Assembly (NCBI GenBank): GCA_002470825.1
Contig: DKOR01000014.1
Coordinates: 7,021-71,020 of the forward strand
Direction: 5' to 3'
Source of the DNA: Thiotrichaceae bacterium UBA7357
GTDB lineage: Bacteria; Pseudomonadota; Gammaproteobacteria; Eutrophobiales; Eutrophobiaceae
Length of the DNA: 64,000 nucleotides
The position numbers and the translations under genes are program-made. The notes under the pieces were generated by a model, which worked only from the letters and a program-made list of their open reading frames with translations, was not told where the DNA came from and did not search any database. Shown piece after piece: positions 10,422 to 22,417 of this stretch. The number at the start of each line of letters is the position of its first letter. Within the stretch, counting starts at the first letter, position 1.

Positions 10422-12308
10422 CTATGTATGTCGTTTTAATGCATTAGTAATTTCACCTAAAATTTCTACATCATCAATTGTTGCTGGTGTATTGTATATT
10501 TCACCGTCAGCAATCTTTTTCATTGTGCTACGCAAAATTTTTCCAGAACGTGTTTTGGGTAATCTTTTTATAATGATAACTTTTTTAAAAGCTGCAACAG
10601 GACCAATATTCTCTCTTACACTTTCAATAAGTTCTTTAATAATGCTGTCTTGGTCAGTCACTACTCCACTGTTCAATACAACTAAGCCCATTGGTAATTG
10701 ACCTTTTAACTGATCATAAACCCCTATCACTGCGCATTCAGCAACTTTTGGATGGGCAGCCAGAACCTCTTCCATGCTTCCTGTTGATAAACGATGTCCT
10801 GCAACGTTGATAACATCACCTAATCGACTCATCACCCAAACATAACCATCTTCATCAATATAACCAGCATCCCAAGTCATATAGTAACCATCATAAACAG
10901 AAAGATAAGCATCAATATAAGCTTGATCATTTTTCCAAAGTGTCTGAGAACAACCAGGGGGAAGCGGCAACTTTAATGCCATTTTTCCCATCTCACCTAC
11001 GGGCAATGGCTCACCTTTTTCATCTAGCACTTCTAAATTATAACCAGGCACTGGTTTTGATGTAGAGCCATGTTTTACAGGAAACTGTTCAAGTCCCATG
11101 CAATTTGCGGTAATAGCCCAACCCGTTTCTGTTTGCCACCAGTGGTCGATGACAGGAATATTTAATTTTTTCTCAGCCCATTGTATAGTTGCAGGATCAC
11201 AACGTTCGCCAGCAAGAAATAGTGATTGTAGTGAAGATAAATCATATTCTTTAATGAAATGACCATCAGGGTCATTACCTTTGATTGCTCTAAAGGCAGT
11301 CGGTGCTGTAAAAAGTGCGTTAACTTTGTGTGTTTCAATAACTCGCCAAAAAGCACTTGCATCTGGTGTTCCAACAGGTTTACCTTCATAAAGAATCGTA
11401 GTGCAACCATATAATAAAGGAGCGTAGACTATATATGAATGCCCCACCACCCAACCAACATCTGAAGCAGACCAGAAGACATCTCCAGGTTTCATATTAT
11501 AGATGTTCTTCATAGACCAGTTTAGTGCAACGGCATGTCCGCCATTATCACGCACAACCCCTTTTGGCTTGCCTGTCGTTCCCGAGGTATACAGAATGTA
11601 CAGAGGATCCGTTGCATTTACAGAAACACAATTTACTGCTTTAGCAGTTACGCTAGAAGCTTGCCAATCAATGTCTCGGCCTTCAATCAAGGCCGCTTCA
11701 TATTGAGGTCTTTGCAAAATAATACAAATTTTCGGTTTATGACTTGCTATTATAATAGCTGAATCAAGTAAGGGTTTATACTTTATGATTTTATTCACTT
11801 CGATACCACAGGACGCAGACAAGATGACTTTTGGTTGAGCATCGTTAATTCGTGAAGCCAGTTCATTCGAAGAGAAACCACCAAAGACAACTGAGTGAAC
11901 AGCACCTAATCGAGCACAAGCCAGCATAGCAATTACAGCTTCGGGAACCATAGGCATATATATGATTATCGTATCGCCTTTACGTACTCCATGTTCTCTT
12001 AATACCCCTGAAAAGTTTGCCGTTAAATCACGCAATTCTTTATAGCTATATCGTTTTATCGTATTTGTTACAGGACTGTCATAAATGAGTGCAATTTGTT
12101 GAGCATGTCCATTTTCAATATGTCTATCGAGCGCATTGAAACAAGTGTTTAATTTTCCGTCTGGAAACCATTTGAAAAAGGGTGGGTTTTTATCATCAAG
12201 AACTTTTGTAAATGCTTCTTCCCAATCTATACCCTTTGCTGCATCAGACCAATATGCTTCAGGCTCCTCTTGTGAACGCTTATAATTTTTTAAATATTCA
12301 GACATCAT
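10422..12308 (-). CDS. prpE: Propionyl-CoA synthetase (two substitutions in conserved motifs)
   Basis: LNTCFNALDRH, YTSGTTGKPKGVVRDNGG, DHWWQTETG, VAGHRLS, LPKTRSGKILR; clustered with prpBC. Confidence 0.88.
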   Translation of the reverse strand: MMSEYLKNYKRSQEEPEAYWSDAAKGIDWEEAFTKVLDDKNPPFFKWFPDGKLNTCFNALDRHIENGHAQQIALIYDSPVTNTIKRYSYKELRDLTANFSGVLREHGVRKGDTIIIYMPMVPEAVIAMLACARLGAVHSVVFGGFSSNELASRINDAQPKVILSASCGIEVNKIIKYKPLLDSAIIIASHKPKICIILQRPQYEAALIEGRDIDWQASSVTAKAVNCVSVNATDPLYILYTSGTTGKPKGVVRDNGGHAVALNWSMKNIYNMKPGDVFWSASDVGWVVGHSYIVYAPLLYGCTTILYEGKPVGTPDASAFWRVIETHKVNALFTAPTAFRAIKGNDPDGHFIKEYDLSSLQSLFLAGERCDPATIQWAEKKLNIPVIDHWWQTETGWAITANCMGLEQFPVKHGSTSKPVPGYNLEVLDEKGEPLPVGEMGKMALKLPLPPGCSQTLWKNDQAYIDAYLSVYDGYYMTWDAGYIDEDGYVWVMSRLGDVINVAGHRLSTGSMEEVLAAHPKVAECAVIGVYDQLKGQLPMGLVVLNSGVVTDQDSIIKELIESVRENIGPVAAFKKVIIIKRLPKTRSGKILRSTMKKIADGEIYNTPATIDDVEILGEITNALKRHT

Positions 12309-12418
12309 CTGTCATCTATGTTTAGTTTAATATTCTAATTAAAATATTTTTAGTTTTAGTTTTGCTTATTTAACAATAAGACTTCATTTCTAAAAACCAC
12401 AATACTTTCAAGTTTTAT

Positions 12419-14803
12419 TTAAACATCAACGCCGGCAATATATAGCCAAGTATCAATAACACTATCTGGATTTAACGAAATACTCTCAATACCTTCATCT
12501 AATAACCATTTTGCAAGATCTGGATGGTCAGATGGCCCTTGGCCACAGATACCAACATACTTCCCGGCCTTTTTACATGCCTTGATAGCACGACTTAACA
12601 TAAACTTAACGGCTTCATCACGCTCATCGAATAAATCTGCAACTAACCCAGAATCTCGATCAAGTGCTAAGGTTAATTGCGTCATGTCATTAGAACCAAT
12701 CGAAAAACCATCAAAATATTCAAGGAATTGATCAGCCAAAATCGCATTACTAGGTACTTCACACATCATAATCAACTTTAGGCCTTCTTTTCCTCTTTCT
12801 AAGCCATATTTGGCCAATAAGTCAACAACCTGCTTAGCTTGTCCTAGAGTGCGTACGAATGGAACCATAACCCAAATATTATCCAAACCCATCTGTTCGC
12901 GCGCATAAAGTAAAGCACGACATTCCAATTCAAAACACGCTTCAAACTCATCTGACAAATAGCGTGACGTGCCCCTGTAGCCAATCATCGGATTTTCTTC
13001 TTGTGGTTCGTATCGTTCACCCCCGAGTAAATTGGCATACTCGTTAGATTTAAAATCAGATAAACGTACAATAACTGGATTAGGCGCAAATGCAGCACCT
13101 AGTGTTGAGATACCCTCAACCAAATTCTGAACATAAAATTCCACTGGGCTTGCATAAGCTTTGATACATTCATCAATAGATTTTTTTATTACCTTTTCTT
13201 GATCATCGTAGTCTATTAAAGCACGTGGATGTATACCGATCTTATTATTTATAATAAACTCTAATCTCGCTAAACCAACACCAGCATTAGGAATCGATGC
13301 AAATGACATAGCCTTTCCAGGATTGCCCACATTCATCATTATTTTTAAAGGTGCAGGTGGCATATTATCTAATTCTGCTCGATTCACCTGAAAGTCCAGT
13401 TTACCTTCATAGATAAGTCCGCTTTCTCCTTCTGAACAGACCACAGTTATAACATCATCATAATTAATTTTATTAGTTGCATCACCACAGCCTACAACCG
13501 CAGGAACACCTAATTCTCGTGCAATAATTGCGGCATGACAAGTTCGTCCTCCTCGATTCGTCACTATCGCAGATGCACGTTTCATTACTGGTTCCCAATC
13601 AGGATCAGTCATCTCTGTCACTAACACATCACCCTCTTGTAGATCATCCATGTCTTTCAATTCTTGGATGACTCTTGCTTTGCCAATCCCTATCTTTTGA
13701 CCTATTGCAGCACCTCTAATAAGCAAATTTCCTTTTTCATTTAACTGATAACGTTCAATTATGTTTTTATTTTCACGACTTTGTACTGTCTCAGGTCGCG
13801 CCTGCACGATATAAATTTTATTATTATTACCATCTAAAGCCCATTCAATATCCATAGAACGACCATAATGTTTTTCTATTATTACAGCCTGTCGTGCAAG
13901 TTCTTCTAACTGTTCATCGTTTAGACAAAATATCGCAGAATCCTTAGCTAATACTTTTATGGTTTTTACCAATTCATCATTATCGGAAGAATCGTCATAT
14001 ATCATTTTAATCGCTTTACTACCTAAACTACGACTTAGTACTGATGGCCTACCCTGCGCTAAAGATTTTTTATAGACATAATATTCATCAGGATTTACTG
14101 CGCCTTGAACTATAGTTTCTCCTAAGCCATAGCTTGCTGTAATAAATACAGCATCATCAAAACCAGATTCCGTATCAAGAGTAAACATAACACCACTTAC
14201 GCCCAGATCGCTACGAACCATAAGTTGTAGACCCACTGATAAAGCTACTTCTTCATGAGCAAAGTTCTGATGCACACGATAAGCAATAGCTCTATCATTA
14301 TATAGTGATGAGAAGACCTCTTTAATTCTAAACAAGATATCGTCAATACCAGATACATTTAAAAATGTCTCTTGTTGACCTGCAAATGAAGCGTCTGGTA
14401 AATCTTCAGCGGTTGCTGATGATCTTACCGCAATAGAGCACTCGTCATCTCCATCACTCATTTCTTCATAAGCATCCTCTATGGATTTTTTTAATCGATC
14501 TTGAAATGGCGATTCGACGATCCATTGACGAATTTCTTTCCCGACCGATATCAGTTGTTTAACATCATCAACATTCAATTCTTTGAGCCTGAGTTTTATA
14601 CGCTCACGTAATTGATTATGATCAAGAAAATCCCAGAAAGCTTTGGCTGTTGTTGCGTAACCTCCAGGGACATTCACATCAGCCTCGGATAAATTACTTA
14701 TCATTTCTCCCAGTGACGCGTTTTTACCGCCTACGGTTCCCACATCTTTCATTCTTAATTCTCGTAGAGGCTGAATGTAGTCATTAGCTACCATTTTTTT
14801 CAT
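12419..14803 (-). CDS. ppsA: Phosphoenolpyruvate synthase
   Basis: [46 protein letters not shown] phospho-His motif, SIGSND, CGQGPSD. Confidence 0.97.
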   Translation of the reverse strand: MKKMVANDYIQPLRELRMKDVGTVGGKNASLGEMISNLSEADVNVPGGYATTAKAFWDFLDHNQLRERIKLRLKELNVDDVKQLISVGKEIRQWIVESPFQDRLKKSIEDAYEEMSDGDDECSIAVRSSATAEDLPDASFAGQQETFLNVSGIDDILFRIKEVFSSLYNDRAIAYRVHQNFAHEEVALSVGLQLMVRSDLGVSGVMFTLDTESGFDDAVFITASYGLGETIVQGAVNPDEYYVYKKSLAQGRPSVLSRSLGSKAIKMIYDDSSDNDELVKTIKVLAKDSAIFCLNDEQLEELARQAVIIEKHYGRSMDIEWALDGNNNKIYIVQARPETVQSRENKNIIERYQLNEKGNLLIRGAAIGQKIGIGKARVIQELKDMDDLQEGDVLVTEMTDPDWEPVMKRASAIVTNRGGRTCHAAIIARELGVPAVVGCGDATNKINYDDVITVVCSEGESGLIYEGKLDFQVNRAELDNMPPAPLKIMMNVGNPGKAMSFASIPNAGVGLARLEFIINNKIGIHPRALIDYDDQEKVIKKSIDECIKAYASPVEFYVQNLVEGISTLGAAFAPNPVIVRLSDFKSNEYANLLGGERYEPQEENPMIGYRGTSRYLSDEFEACFELECRALLYAREQMGLDNIWVMVPFVRTLGQAKQVVDLLAKYGLERGKEGLKLIMMCEVPSNAILADQFLEYFDGFSIGSNDMTQLTLALDRDSGLVADLFDERDEAVKFMLSRAIKACKKAGKYVGICGQGPSDHPDLAKWLLDEGIESISLNPDSVIDTWLYIAGVDV

Positions 14804-14842
14804 AAAATTCCTTTCTCAATAAATCTTTAAAATTACTTTTTT

Positions 14843-15673
14843 TTAATTATTTTTTAATAATTTTTTTTCTTTTACTATATTTACAGCAATTTCTTCAATC
14901 GATATCGCTGTCGAATCAAGAACAAATATACCTGCTTTATGCATCATGACTTCTGCTCGTTTAACTTCATGTTGACACTTTTTTAATGTGGCGTAAGGAG
15001 TATTCGGTCGTCGCTGTTGACGAACAGCACTAAGTTGATCAGCGCGTATGGTGAGACCAGCAATTTTATTGAGATGAGGCAATAAGAATTCAGGTAATTT
15101 CTCATTATCAAGATCATCATCAGTTAAAGGATAATTAGCTGCTTTCAATGAAAAATGCATCGCTAAATATAGGCAAGTCGGGGTTTTTGCAGAACGTGAT
15201 ACTCCTACTAATATAACATCAGCCTTGTCGAATAAATTTACTCTAATTCCATCATCGTTTTTAAGAGTGAAGTCGATCGCATCCATTTGTTTTTTATAAT
15301 CTTCATCACCAAATTCTTCATGTGGCTTTCCTATAGTATGTGATGACTTTATGTCTAGACTCTTTTCAAGAGGCTCTATAAATGAATTAAACAAACTGAT
15401 TACACATGCATCTGTAGTAGATATAAATTTTTGGAGGTTATCATTTACTAGTGTACTGAAAACAATCGGTTGAACACCACTTTCTTCATATTCTTGCTGA
15501 ATCTCACCTGCCACAAAAGAAGCTTCTATCTCAGTTATCACAAAAGCAAATGTTTTATCTGAAAAATCAACATCATCAAACTGTGAAAGCAAACTTTGCC
15601 CGAGTGACTCAGCTGTTTTTCCTGTTCGATCTGAAACATAAAAAACAGAACGTTTACTTTGTTTATTATTCAT
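14843..15673 (-). CDS. ppsR: PEP synthase regulatory kinase/pyrophosphorylase
   Basis: VSDRTGKTAE, AIDFTLKNDDG, LVGVSRSAKTPTCLYLA, ANYPL, SIEEIA; adjacent to ppsA. Confidence 0.93.
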   Translation of the reverse strand: MNNKQSKRSVFYVSDRTGKTAESLGQSLLSQFDDVDFSDKTFAFVITEIEASFVAGEIQQEYEESGVQPIVFSTLVNDNLQKFISTTDACVISLFNSFIEPLEKSLDIKSSHTIGKPHEEFGDEDYKKQMDAIDFTLKNDDGIRVNLFDKADVILVGVSRSAKTPTCLYLAMHFSLKAANYPLTDDDLDNEKLPEFLLPHLNKIAGLTIRADQLSAVRQQRRPNTPYATLKKCQHEVKRAEVMMHKAGIFVLDSTAISIEEIAVNIVKEKKLLKNN

Positions 15674-15768
15674 TTTAAAATTTAAAAAAGCTGAGCTAGC
15701 TCACAAATACAGAAGACACCACGATTTAATAAAAAAAATAAGCTACTTGTAATCAACGCGGCAGGAAA

Positions 15769-16923
15769 TTATTTCCGTTTATCAATAGGAATAAATTTTT
15801 GATTCTTCGGACCAACATAATTTGCACTGGGTCGAATAATCTTACCATCCTCACGTTGTTCAATTACATGCGCTGCCCATCCAGATGTGCGTGCAACAAC
15901 AAATAGCGGAGTAAACATTGCTGTTGGAACATTCATTAATGAATAAGACACAGCCGAATACCAATCAAGATTAGGAAACATTTTTTTCTCCGCCCACATT
16001 ACTTTTTCAAGACGCTCAGCAATCTTATACATCTTCATGTTTTTAGCTTTAATTCCTAAACTTTTGGCTACACTTCTGATCATTTTATTACGTGGATCAC
16101 CCGTGGTATATACTGGATGCCCAAAACCAATAACAATTTCTTTACGCGATATACGTTCTTTTATATCTGCTTCCGCTTCACTAGGATTTGCATAGCGAGA
16201 CTGTATTTCAAATGCAACTTCATTAGCCCCACCATGTTTTGGCCCACGTAAAGCACCTATCGCGCCCGTTATACTGGAAAACATATCTGAACCTGTGCCA
16301 GCGATAACGCGACCAGTGAATGTTGAAGCATTATATTCATGTTCAGCATAAAGATTTAATGACGTATGCATTGCTCGAACCCATGTATCAGAAGGTTTAT
16401 TGCCATGTAGTAAATGTAGAAAGTGACCGCCGATGGAATCATCATCTGTTTCAACTTCAATACGCGTTCCATTAACTGCATAGTGATACCAATAAAGTAA
16501 CATAGAAGCAAAGCTCGCCATTAATTTATCGGCTATATCTCTTGCTCCTGCTGAATTATGATCTTCTTTTTCAGGCATTACTGCACCTAATACAGAACAA
16601 CCCGTCCGCAATACATCCATCGGATGAGCCGAAGGTGATAATTGCTCAAGAGAATTTTTCACAGCGATTGGTAAACCACGCAATGATTGTAATTTTATTT
16701 TGTAAGCATTGAGTTCAACTACCGTAGGTAATTTACCATGCACCAAAAGATAAGCAATTTCTTCAAACTCACAATTATCAGCTATATCGAGAATATCATA
16801 ACCGCGATAATGTAGATCATTACCTGTTAAACCGACTGTACATAAAGCGGTATTTCCTGCGGCCGTTCCACTTAATGCAACTGACTTTTTAGGTTTTGGT
16901 TTTTGTATTGTCTTTTTAGTCAC
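15769..16923 (-). CDS. prpC: 2-methylcitrate synthase
   Basis: [51 protein letters not shown]; GTG start overlaps the prpB stop. Confidence 0.95.
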   Translation of the reverse strand: MTKKTIQKPKPKKSVALSGTAAGNTALCTVGLTGNDLHYRGYDILDIADNCEFEEIAYLLVHGKLPTVVELNAYKIKLQSLRGLPIAVKNSLEQLSPSAHPMDVLRTGCSVLGAVMPEKEDHNSAGARDIADKLMASFASMLLYWYHYAVNGTRIEVETDDDSIGGHFLHLLHGNKPSDTWVRAMHTSLNLYAEHEYNASTFTGRVIAGTGSDMFSSITGAIGALRGPKHGGANEVAFEIQSRYANPSEAEADIKERISRKEIVIGFGHPVYTTGDPRNKMIRSVAKSLGIKAKNMKMYKIAERLEKVMWAEKKMFPNLDWYSAVSYSLMNVPTAMFTPLFVVARTSGWAAHVIEQREDGKIIRPSANYVGPKNQKFIPIDKRK

Positions 16924-17810
16924 GGATTATCTCCTGAAAATAATTCATTTAATTTTTTTTCGTAATCATGATAAGCCAGATAATCATAAAGTTCTTCTCT
17001 GGTTTGCATTAAATCAACTACATTTTTTTGTGTGCCTTCTTCGCGTAAGCTTGAATAAACTTTTAATGCTGCAGCATTCATTGCACGAAATGCCGACAAC
17101 GGGTACAAAGCTAAACTGACATTTACTGAAGCGAGTTCTTCGATGGTAAATAAGGGTGTTGAGCCAAACTCGGTAATATTAGCAAGTACTGGTACACCGA
17201 CAGCATCGACAAACTTTTTATACATACTAAGTTCCGTCATTGCTTCGGGAAAGATCATGTCCGCACCCGCTTCAACACAGGCACATGCGCGCTCAATTGC
17301 AGCATTGAGTCCTTCAACTGATAAGGCGTCAGTTCTTGCCATAACAACGAAGTCAGAGTCGACCTTAGCATCTACAGCAGCCTTAATCCTATCAACCATC
17401 TCTACTTGTGTAACTATTGATTTATTAGGACGATGTCCACAACGTTTTTGTTGAATTTGATCCTCAATATGAACCGCTCCAGCTCCAGCTTTAATCATTG
17501 AACGTATCGTTCTTGCTATATTAAATGCTCCACCCCAACCAGTATCAATATCGACTAATACTGGTAAATTAGTTATGTCTGTAATGCGGCGAAGATCGAC
17601 TAAAACATCTTCCAAACTAGTAATTCCCAGATCAGGTATGCCACACGATCCTGCTGCGACACCTCCACCTGAGAGATACAACGCTCGATAACCAGTGGCG
17701 TCAGCTAAACGTGCATGATATGCATTTATAGCACCGACAACCTGCAATGGTTTTTCCTCTTCGACAGCAAGCCGAAACCGTGCACCTGGTGAATTAACCT
17801 TGTCGCTCAT
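16920..17810 (-). CDS. prpB: 2-methylisocitrate lyase
   Basis: [23 protein letters not shown] signature, [13 protein letters not shown]. Confidence 0.96.
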   Translation of the reverse strand: MSDKVNSPGARFRLAVEEEKPLQVVGAINAYHARLADATGYRALYLSGGGVAAGSCGIPDLGITSLEDVLVDLRRITDITNLPVLVDIDTGWGGAFNIARTIRSMIKAGAGAVHIEDQIQQKRCGHRPNKSIVTQVEMVDRIKAAVDAKVDSDFVVMARTDALSVEGLNAAIERACACVEAGADMIFPEAMTELSMYKKFVDAVGVPVLANITEFGSTPLFTIEELASVNVSLALYPLSAFRAMNAAALKVYSSLREEGTQKNVVDLMQTREELYDYLAYHDYEKKLNELFSGDNP

Positions 17811-17830
17811 TGAAGTAACTTCCTCTTTAA

Positions 17831-18520
17831 TTAATCTGAAATAGCAAGATGTTCATCGAGCATTTTTTCAACAGTTCTACGTGAACTGCGGATATGTCTC
17901 GTCATCAAAAATTGTGCCAACTCACCATCATGCTGACGAATAGCATCCACAATTTGTCCATGCTCTACAAATGCTCGTGGCACACGTTTACTCACCATCC
18001 CAAACTGATATCGATATAATCGGATTAAGTGATAAAGGTCATTTATATACATTTCAATCAAATGGTTATTTCGACTGCCTTTAATTATTCGACAATGAAA
18101 GTCCATCTCACCTTCTTTTTGATAATAACTTTGATCTTGTTTGATATGTTGCTCATGCTTGTCGAGCAGTACATCGATTTCATTAAGTTCTTTATCTGAC
18201 ATATTTTTTGCAGCTTGCCTTGCAGCTAAACCTTCAAGTGACTCGCGAATAAGGTAAATTTCAACCAAATGTTGTCTCGTCAATGAGATGACACGTGCGC
18301 CCACATTTGGTTTACGTTCAATTAACTTACACGCTTCTAGTCGACTTAATGCCTCACGTAATGGCCCTCTACTGATACCAAATTGATTTGCCAAAGCCGG
18401 TTCACTTATTTTTGATCCCGACGGTATAATCCCTTCAACGATCGCTGTCTGTAATTTATTACATATGCTATCTGCTATTGTTAATGAAGCTATTGGCTCA
18501 TTTTTATTTGATTCATACAT
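17831..18520 (-). CDS. prpR: GntR/FCD-family regulator of the methylcitrate operon
   Basis: [23 protein letters not shown] plus FCD domain; directly upstream of prpB. Confidence 0.85.
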   Translation of the reverse strand: MYESNKNEPIASLTIADSICNKLQTAIVEGIIPSGSKISEPALANQFGISRGPLREALSRLEACKLIERKPNVGARVISLTRQHLVEIYLIRESLEGLAARQAAKNMSDKELNEIDVLLDKHEQHIKQDQSYYQKEGEMDFHCRIIKGSRNNHLIEMYINDLYHLIRLYRYQFGMVSKRVPRAFVEHGQIVDAIRQHDGELAQFLMTRHIRSSRRTVEKMLDEHLAISD

Positions 18521-18536
18521 AAATGATTAATGCAAT

Positions 18537-18611
18537 ATTGTTGACAATTTGTCTTTTTAAGGATGTGAATATGATCAATATTATCATTTTAAGGCAATAA
18601 TTGTTGACAAT
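18537..18611. promoter_or_regulatory. Two PrpR-type operators
   Basis: Identical ATTGTTGACAAT at 18537-18548 and 18600-18611 upstream of the GntR gene; one base from the palindrome ATTGTCGACAAT recalled for gammaproteobacterial GntR-type PrpR. Confidence 0.75.
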
Positions 18612-18631
18612 ATCCAATGTTTATACCTAAT

Positions 18632-19960
18632 TTAAAATATAAAAATCATTGATAAACCAATAAGAAGTCCAGACCAAAGAACTATTACAGTACAGTAGCC
18701 CATAATATCTTTGATACTCAAACCAGCTATCCCGAGCAATGGTAAAGCCCAAAATGGTTGAATCATATTTGTCCAAGCATCACCAAAAGCTACGGCCATA
18801 GCCGCTTGGTTTAAAGGAACTCCAAGTGCTTGAGCTGCAGGTATTACGATCGGAGCTTGAACGGCCCATTGACCACCACCTGATGGAACAAAGAAATTAA
18901 CAATTCCTGCACTAAGAAAAGTGAATAGTGTGAATGTATCAATCGTAGAAATACTAATAAACCATTCACTGATTGAAACGGCAAGCCCTGAACTCACCAT
19001 CATTCCCATGATTCCGGCATAGAGAGGAAACTGCAATACAATTCCCGTTGTACTTTTAATTGCCTCATTTAAGGCACGCAAATAATTGGCTGGTGTCTTT
19101 TGTAATAATAGCCCTATCATGAGGAAAATCATATTAAGACTATTAAGTCCAAGTTTACCTCCATCCATGAAGTAACAAGTTATGTAATAGAGTCCCATAC
19201 CACTCAACAACAAGGAAACTAGCATACTATTTTCGAGCTTTTCAGCAGGAGTCATATCACTCAATGGAATAATGTTTTCTACTTCTTGATCTCTTATCTC
19301 TTCTGAAATTTCAATTACTTGATCAGGAGGCGGCATCATCAAACGATAAACCATCGGGACAGTCAATATTAACAATGCACAGATCGTCAATACTTCTGAA
19401 CTAAAAATAGTTTCACTTACGGGAATAGACCGTCCTTCCAATAGTATCCCCAGACTATCACCATCAGCAACTGCGATCTTTAACGGAATGGAGCCAGACA
19501 AACCAGCATGCCAAATTAACATGCCAGAATAAGCTGCTGCAACAAGAAGTGGATAATGCACACCTTTCACTCTTTGAGCAATTTCTCTTGCAAAAAGACC
19601 ACTGGCAATTAAACCAAAACCCCAATTGATCCAGCCAGAAATTAACGCTATGAAAGTCATTAATACTATTGCTTGACCGGGTGTCTTAGCAATCCCACTG
19701 ATTAAATGTAATAGACGCTTTACAAGTGGTGTTTTAGCCAGAACGTACCCCGTGACCAGTGTCAATAAGGCTTGCATAGCAAAAGTTAACAGATTCCAAA
19801 TTCCGTCACCCCAAAAGTCAATCATCTGATTGACTGACCTATCCTCGACAACAACACCACTAATTAATACTACAAATGTAAGAATGATTGCGAACAAAAA
19901 GGCGTCAGGTAACCAGCGTTGCATTACGCGAGTAAAGAAATTAGCTAATGATTGAACCAA
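18632..19960 (-). CDS. atoE: Short-chain fatty acid transporter
   Basis: RWLPDAFLFA, WINWGFGL, VHYPLLVAAAYSG, QFPLYAGI, VPSGGGQWAVQ, GDAWTNMIQPFWALP. Confidence 0.93.
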   Translation of the reverse strand: MVQSLANFFTRVMQRWLPDAFLFAIILTFVVLISGVVVEDRSVNQMIDFWGDGIWNLLTFAMQALLTLVTGYVLAKTPLVKRLLHLISGIAKTPGQAIVLMTFIALISGWINWGFGLIASGLFAREIAQRVKGVHYPLLVAAAYSGMLIWHAGLSGSIPLKIAVADGDSLGILLEGRSIPVSETIFSSEVLTICALLILTVPMVYRLMMPPPDQVIEISEEIRDQEVENIIPLSDMTPAEKLENSMLVSLLLSGMGLYYITCYFMDGGKLGLNSLNMIFLMIGLLLQKTPANYLRALNEAIKSTTGIVLQFPLYAGIMGMMVSSGLAVSISEWFISISTIDTFTLFTFLSAGIVNFFVPSGGGQWAVQAPIVIPAAQALGVPLNQAAMAVAFGDAWTNMIQPFWALPLLGIAGLSIKDIMGYCTVIVLWSGLLIGLSMIFIF

Positions 19961-20103
19961 AGCAGGCCTCTCTATTATCTTAAGGTTTATTTTTAGAACG
20001 TTAATATAATTATATCGATATAGAGATAGTCATTTTGTTTTAAACAGTAAGACTATTCTTTACTTAAAAAAAGCAATCGAAGTTACTATGTGATATGTGA
20101 AAT

Positions 20104-20739
20104 TTAAGCTTCTGCACTTGGTCGTGCCAAAACCTTTTCATACCATTTTTTTGTTCTAGTATTCGCATCTGGGATATGAATATCGGACCACTTGGCAAAT
20201 CCAATTGAACAAGTAGCAGTAATATCAACCATAGTAAATTGATCTCCGGTTAGATATGGCCCATCTTCAAGATATTTTTCTAACCACCAAAAAAAACGAT
20301 TTAATGTCTGATTACCGCGATCAATCAATGCCGGAATAGCTGGAATATTATCTTTTCCGCCACCTGGAATACCTCTCTTTAAAAACTCCTTATGTTGATT
20401 TCGAAACACTTCAGAACAAGATATCATGCCATCAAATTCCATCTTACGTTGACGCATGGTCACAATTGCTTTTTCTTTTAGATCCCGACCGAGTAATGCA
20501 GGCTCCGGCTGAACCTCTTCGAAATAACGGCAAATAGCCATCACCTCATCAATATATGTACCATCATCAAGTTCAAGTACGGGTAATAAGCCACGTGGAT
20601 TTACAGCAAGAAAATCATCTTGCAGATTTTCACCAGCAAGTATGTCAATTTCAATTTTTTCTAGCTTAATGTTTTTTTCAGCTAAAAAGATACGTGCGCG
20701 CCGTGGATTGGGTGCAACATGACAGTCATATAATTTCAT
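20104..20739 (-). CDS. Glutathione S-transferase family protein
   Basis: APNPRRARIFLAEK, NPRGLLPVLELDDG, FTMVDIT. Confidence 0.88.
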   Translation of the reverse strand: MKLYDCHVAPNPRRARIFLAEKNIKLEKIEIDILAGENLQDDFLAVNPRGLLPVLELDDGTYIDEVMAICRYFEEVQPEPALLGRDLKEKAIVTMRQRKMEFDGMISCSEVFRNQHKEFLKRGIPGGGKDNIPAIPALIDRGNQTLNRFFWWLEKYLEDGPYLTGDQFTMVDITATCSIGFAKWSDIHIPDANTRTKKWYEKVLARPSAEA

Positions 20740-20846
20740 CAATTCTCTCCGTAACTTATTTATCTTATTTTTTAAATTTGAGATATTGCAAATTTTAGCG
20801 CTTTGATAGTTGAAGAACTTAGTAAAATTATCTATCTATATTTCAC

Positions 20847-21278
20847 CTACTCTTCCATCAGCACTTCAGTTAAATCTAGTTTCCAAACATCATTCACAAG
20901 AACCCAATGATCAATTTCTTTTTCAATAATTGGAATAACATTAAATACATCACTCGCCTTAGTCCAAGCATGCACACGTGCCTTGTCACCATCTACATCA
21001 ATAGCCGTCACACCACCTTCAATTAAATCAACTTGAGCTTGTTTCATAACACCTTCCCAGTCTTCAACATACTTTTCTTTGGTACGTCCATCTCGCATAT
21101 TCTCTGTAACCATATCGTATGCCGTAGCAAAATCTTGAGACTGTACTGCGTTAAAATAGGTTTGCTGTAATGCTGCTATAGTCACGCGAACTTCATCATC
21201 GCCCCCACAAAAACCTACCCTGAACATAGAAAAAAGTAGTATTAACGTAATAAAGATTGTTTTTATAATTTTCATCAT
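20847..21278 (-). CDS. Exported hypothetical protein, probably NTF2-like fold
   Basis: N-terminal hydrophobic signal; YFNAV..DFATAY..VDGDKARV..WVLVNDVWKL pattern typical of NTF2-like proteins. Confidence 0.6.
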   Translation of the reverse strand: MMKIIKTIFITLILLFSMFRVGFCGGDDEVRVTIAALQQTYFNAVQSQDFATAYDMVTENMRDGRTKEKYVEDWEGVMKQAQVDLIEGGVTAIDVDGDKARVHAWTKASDVFNVIPIIEKEIDHWVLVNDVWKLDLTEVLMEE

Positions 21279-21309
21279 TAAGTATCCTTAGATCAAAGCT
21301 AGAATTGAC

Positions 21310-21744
21310 TTAGCCTAATATTTTTGTCATCTGGTTGGACGTAGGAGCGTAACTAAAATTTTCAAGATCAGACTCAAGGCATGTCCAGCTTTGAGCACTA
21401 CTAGTCCAAACTTCAACTTGGGCAGAAAACCGATTGGGATTATCCAAACTTGCAGCCCACAGTCCCATGAGGTCAGGAACAAGTTCCGCATCAATAAATA
21501 AAGGACAACCACAATTTGAACAGAAACCACGGTTCACAGCATTACCACTATCAGCTTTAACCCTATAGTATTTTGCTTTCCCTTTTATGAAAAGTGCTTT
21601 TTTTGGAACATACATTACAGGGCATAACATACTACCACTAGCACGCTGACAATCACGACAATGACATTTCCACGAAAACGTAGGCTCAGCAGTACATTCA
21701 TATTGTATTGCTTGACATGCACATGTCCCCGTTAACGAGTTCAT
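21310..21744 (-). CDS. GFA/CENP-V family Zn-binding protein
   Basis: GTCACQAI, CHCRDCQRASG, RGFCSNCG. Confidence 0.88.
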   Translation of the reverse strand: MNSLTGTCACQAIQYECTAEPTFSWKCHCRDCQRASGSMLCPVMYVPKKALFIKGKAKYYRVKADSGNAVNRGFCSNCGCPLFIDAELVPDLMGLWAASLDNPNRFSAQVEVWTSSAQSWTCLESDLENFSYAPTSNQMTKILG

Positions 21745-21751
21745 AATTTCA

Positions 21752-22402
21752 TCAGTTTGATTTTAAATCTGGACTAACAACGAACTCAGCTTGAGTTTTT
21801 TCCCTAATTTCATCCAAATCAACACCTGGAGCCAATTCAATCAAGGTAGGTTTATCTTCTTCAAATTGAAACACGGCTAAGTTTGTTATTAAAAGGTCCG
21901 TTACACTGGAGCCTGTCAAAGGAAGATCGCAAGACTTAAGAAACTTAGGACTACCGTCTTTTGCCGTGTGGTCCATAATAACAACGACTTTATTTACACC
22001 CGCGACTAAATCCATTGCGCCACCCATGCCTTTAATCATCTTGCCAGGTATCATCCAGTTTGCTAAATCTCCATTTTGAGCAACCTGCATGGCGCCTAAA
22101 ATTGCTAAATTAATATGCCCACCACGAATCATGGCAAAACTATCTGCACTGGAAAAATAACTAGTTTGGTCTAACTCGGAAATAGTTTGCTTACCCGCAT
22201 TGATTAAATCAGGATCAACTTGATCTGGGTAAGGAAATGGTCCCATACCAAGCATACCATTTTCACTTTCTAATATGACTTGTACATTGTCGGGGATATA
22301 GTTTGCGACTAAAGTTGGTATTCCAATACCCAGATTAACATAAAACCCATCTTGCAACTCTTCCGCAGCACGTTGCGCTATTTCTTCTCTAGACCATGGC
22401 AT
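21752..22402 (-). CDS. scoB: 3-oxoacid CoA-transferase subunit B
   Basis: VNLGIGIPT, SENG catalytic Glu, DLINAGK, GMGGAMDL. Confidence 0.92.
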   Translation of the reverse strand: MPWSREEIAQRAAEELQDGFYVNLGIGIPTLVANYIPDNVQVILESENGMLGMGPFPYPDQVDPDLINAGKQTISELDQTSYFSSADSFAMIRGGHINLAILGAMQVAQNGDLANWMIPGKMIKGMGGAMDLVAGVNKVVVIMDHTAKDGSPKFLKSCDLPLTGSSVTDLLITNLAVFQFEEDKPTLIELAPGVDLDEIREKTQAEFVVSPDLKSN

Positions 22403-22417
22403 AATTATAATCCTCTA

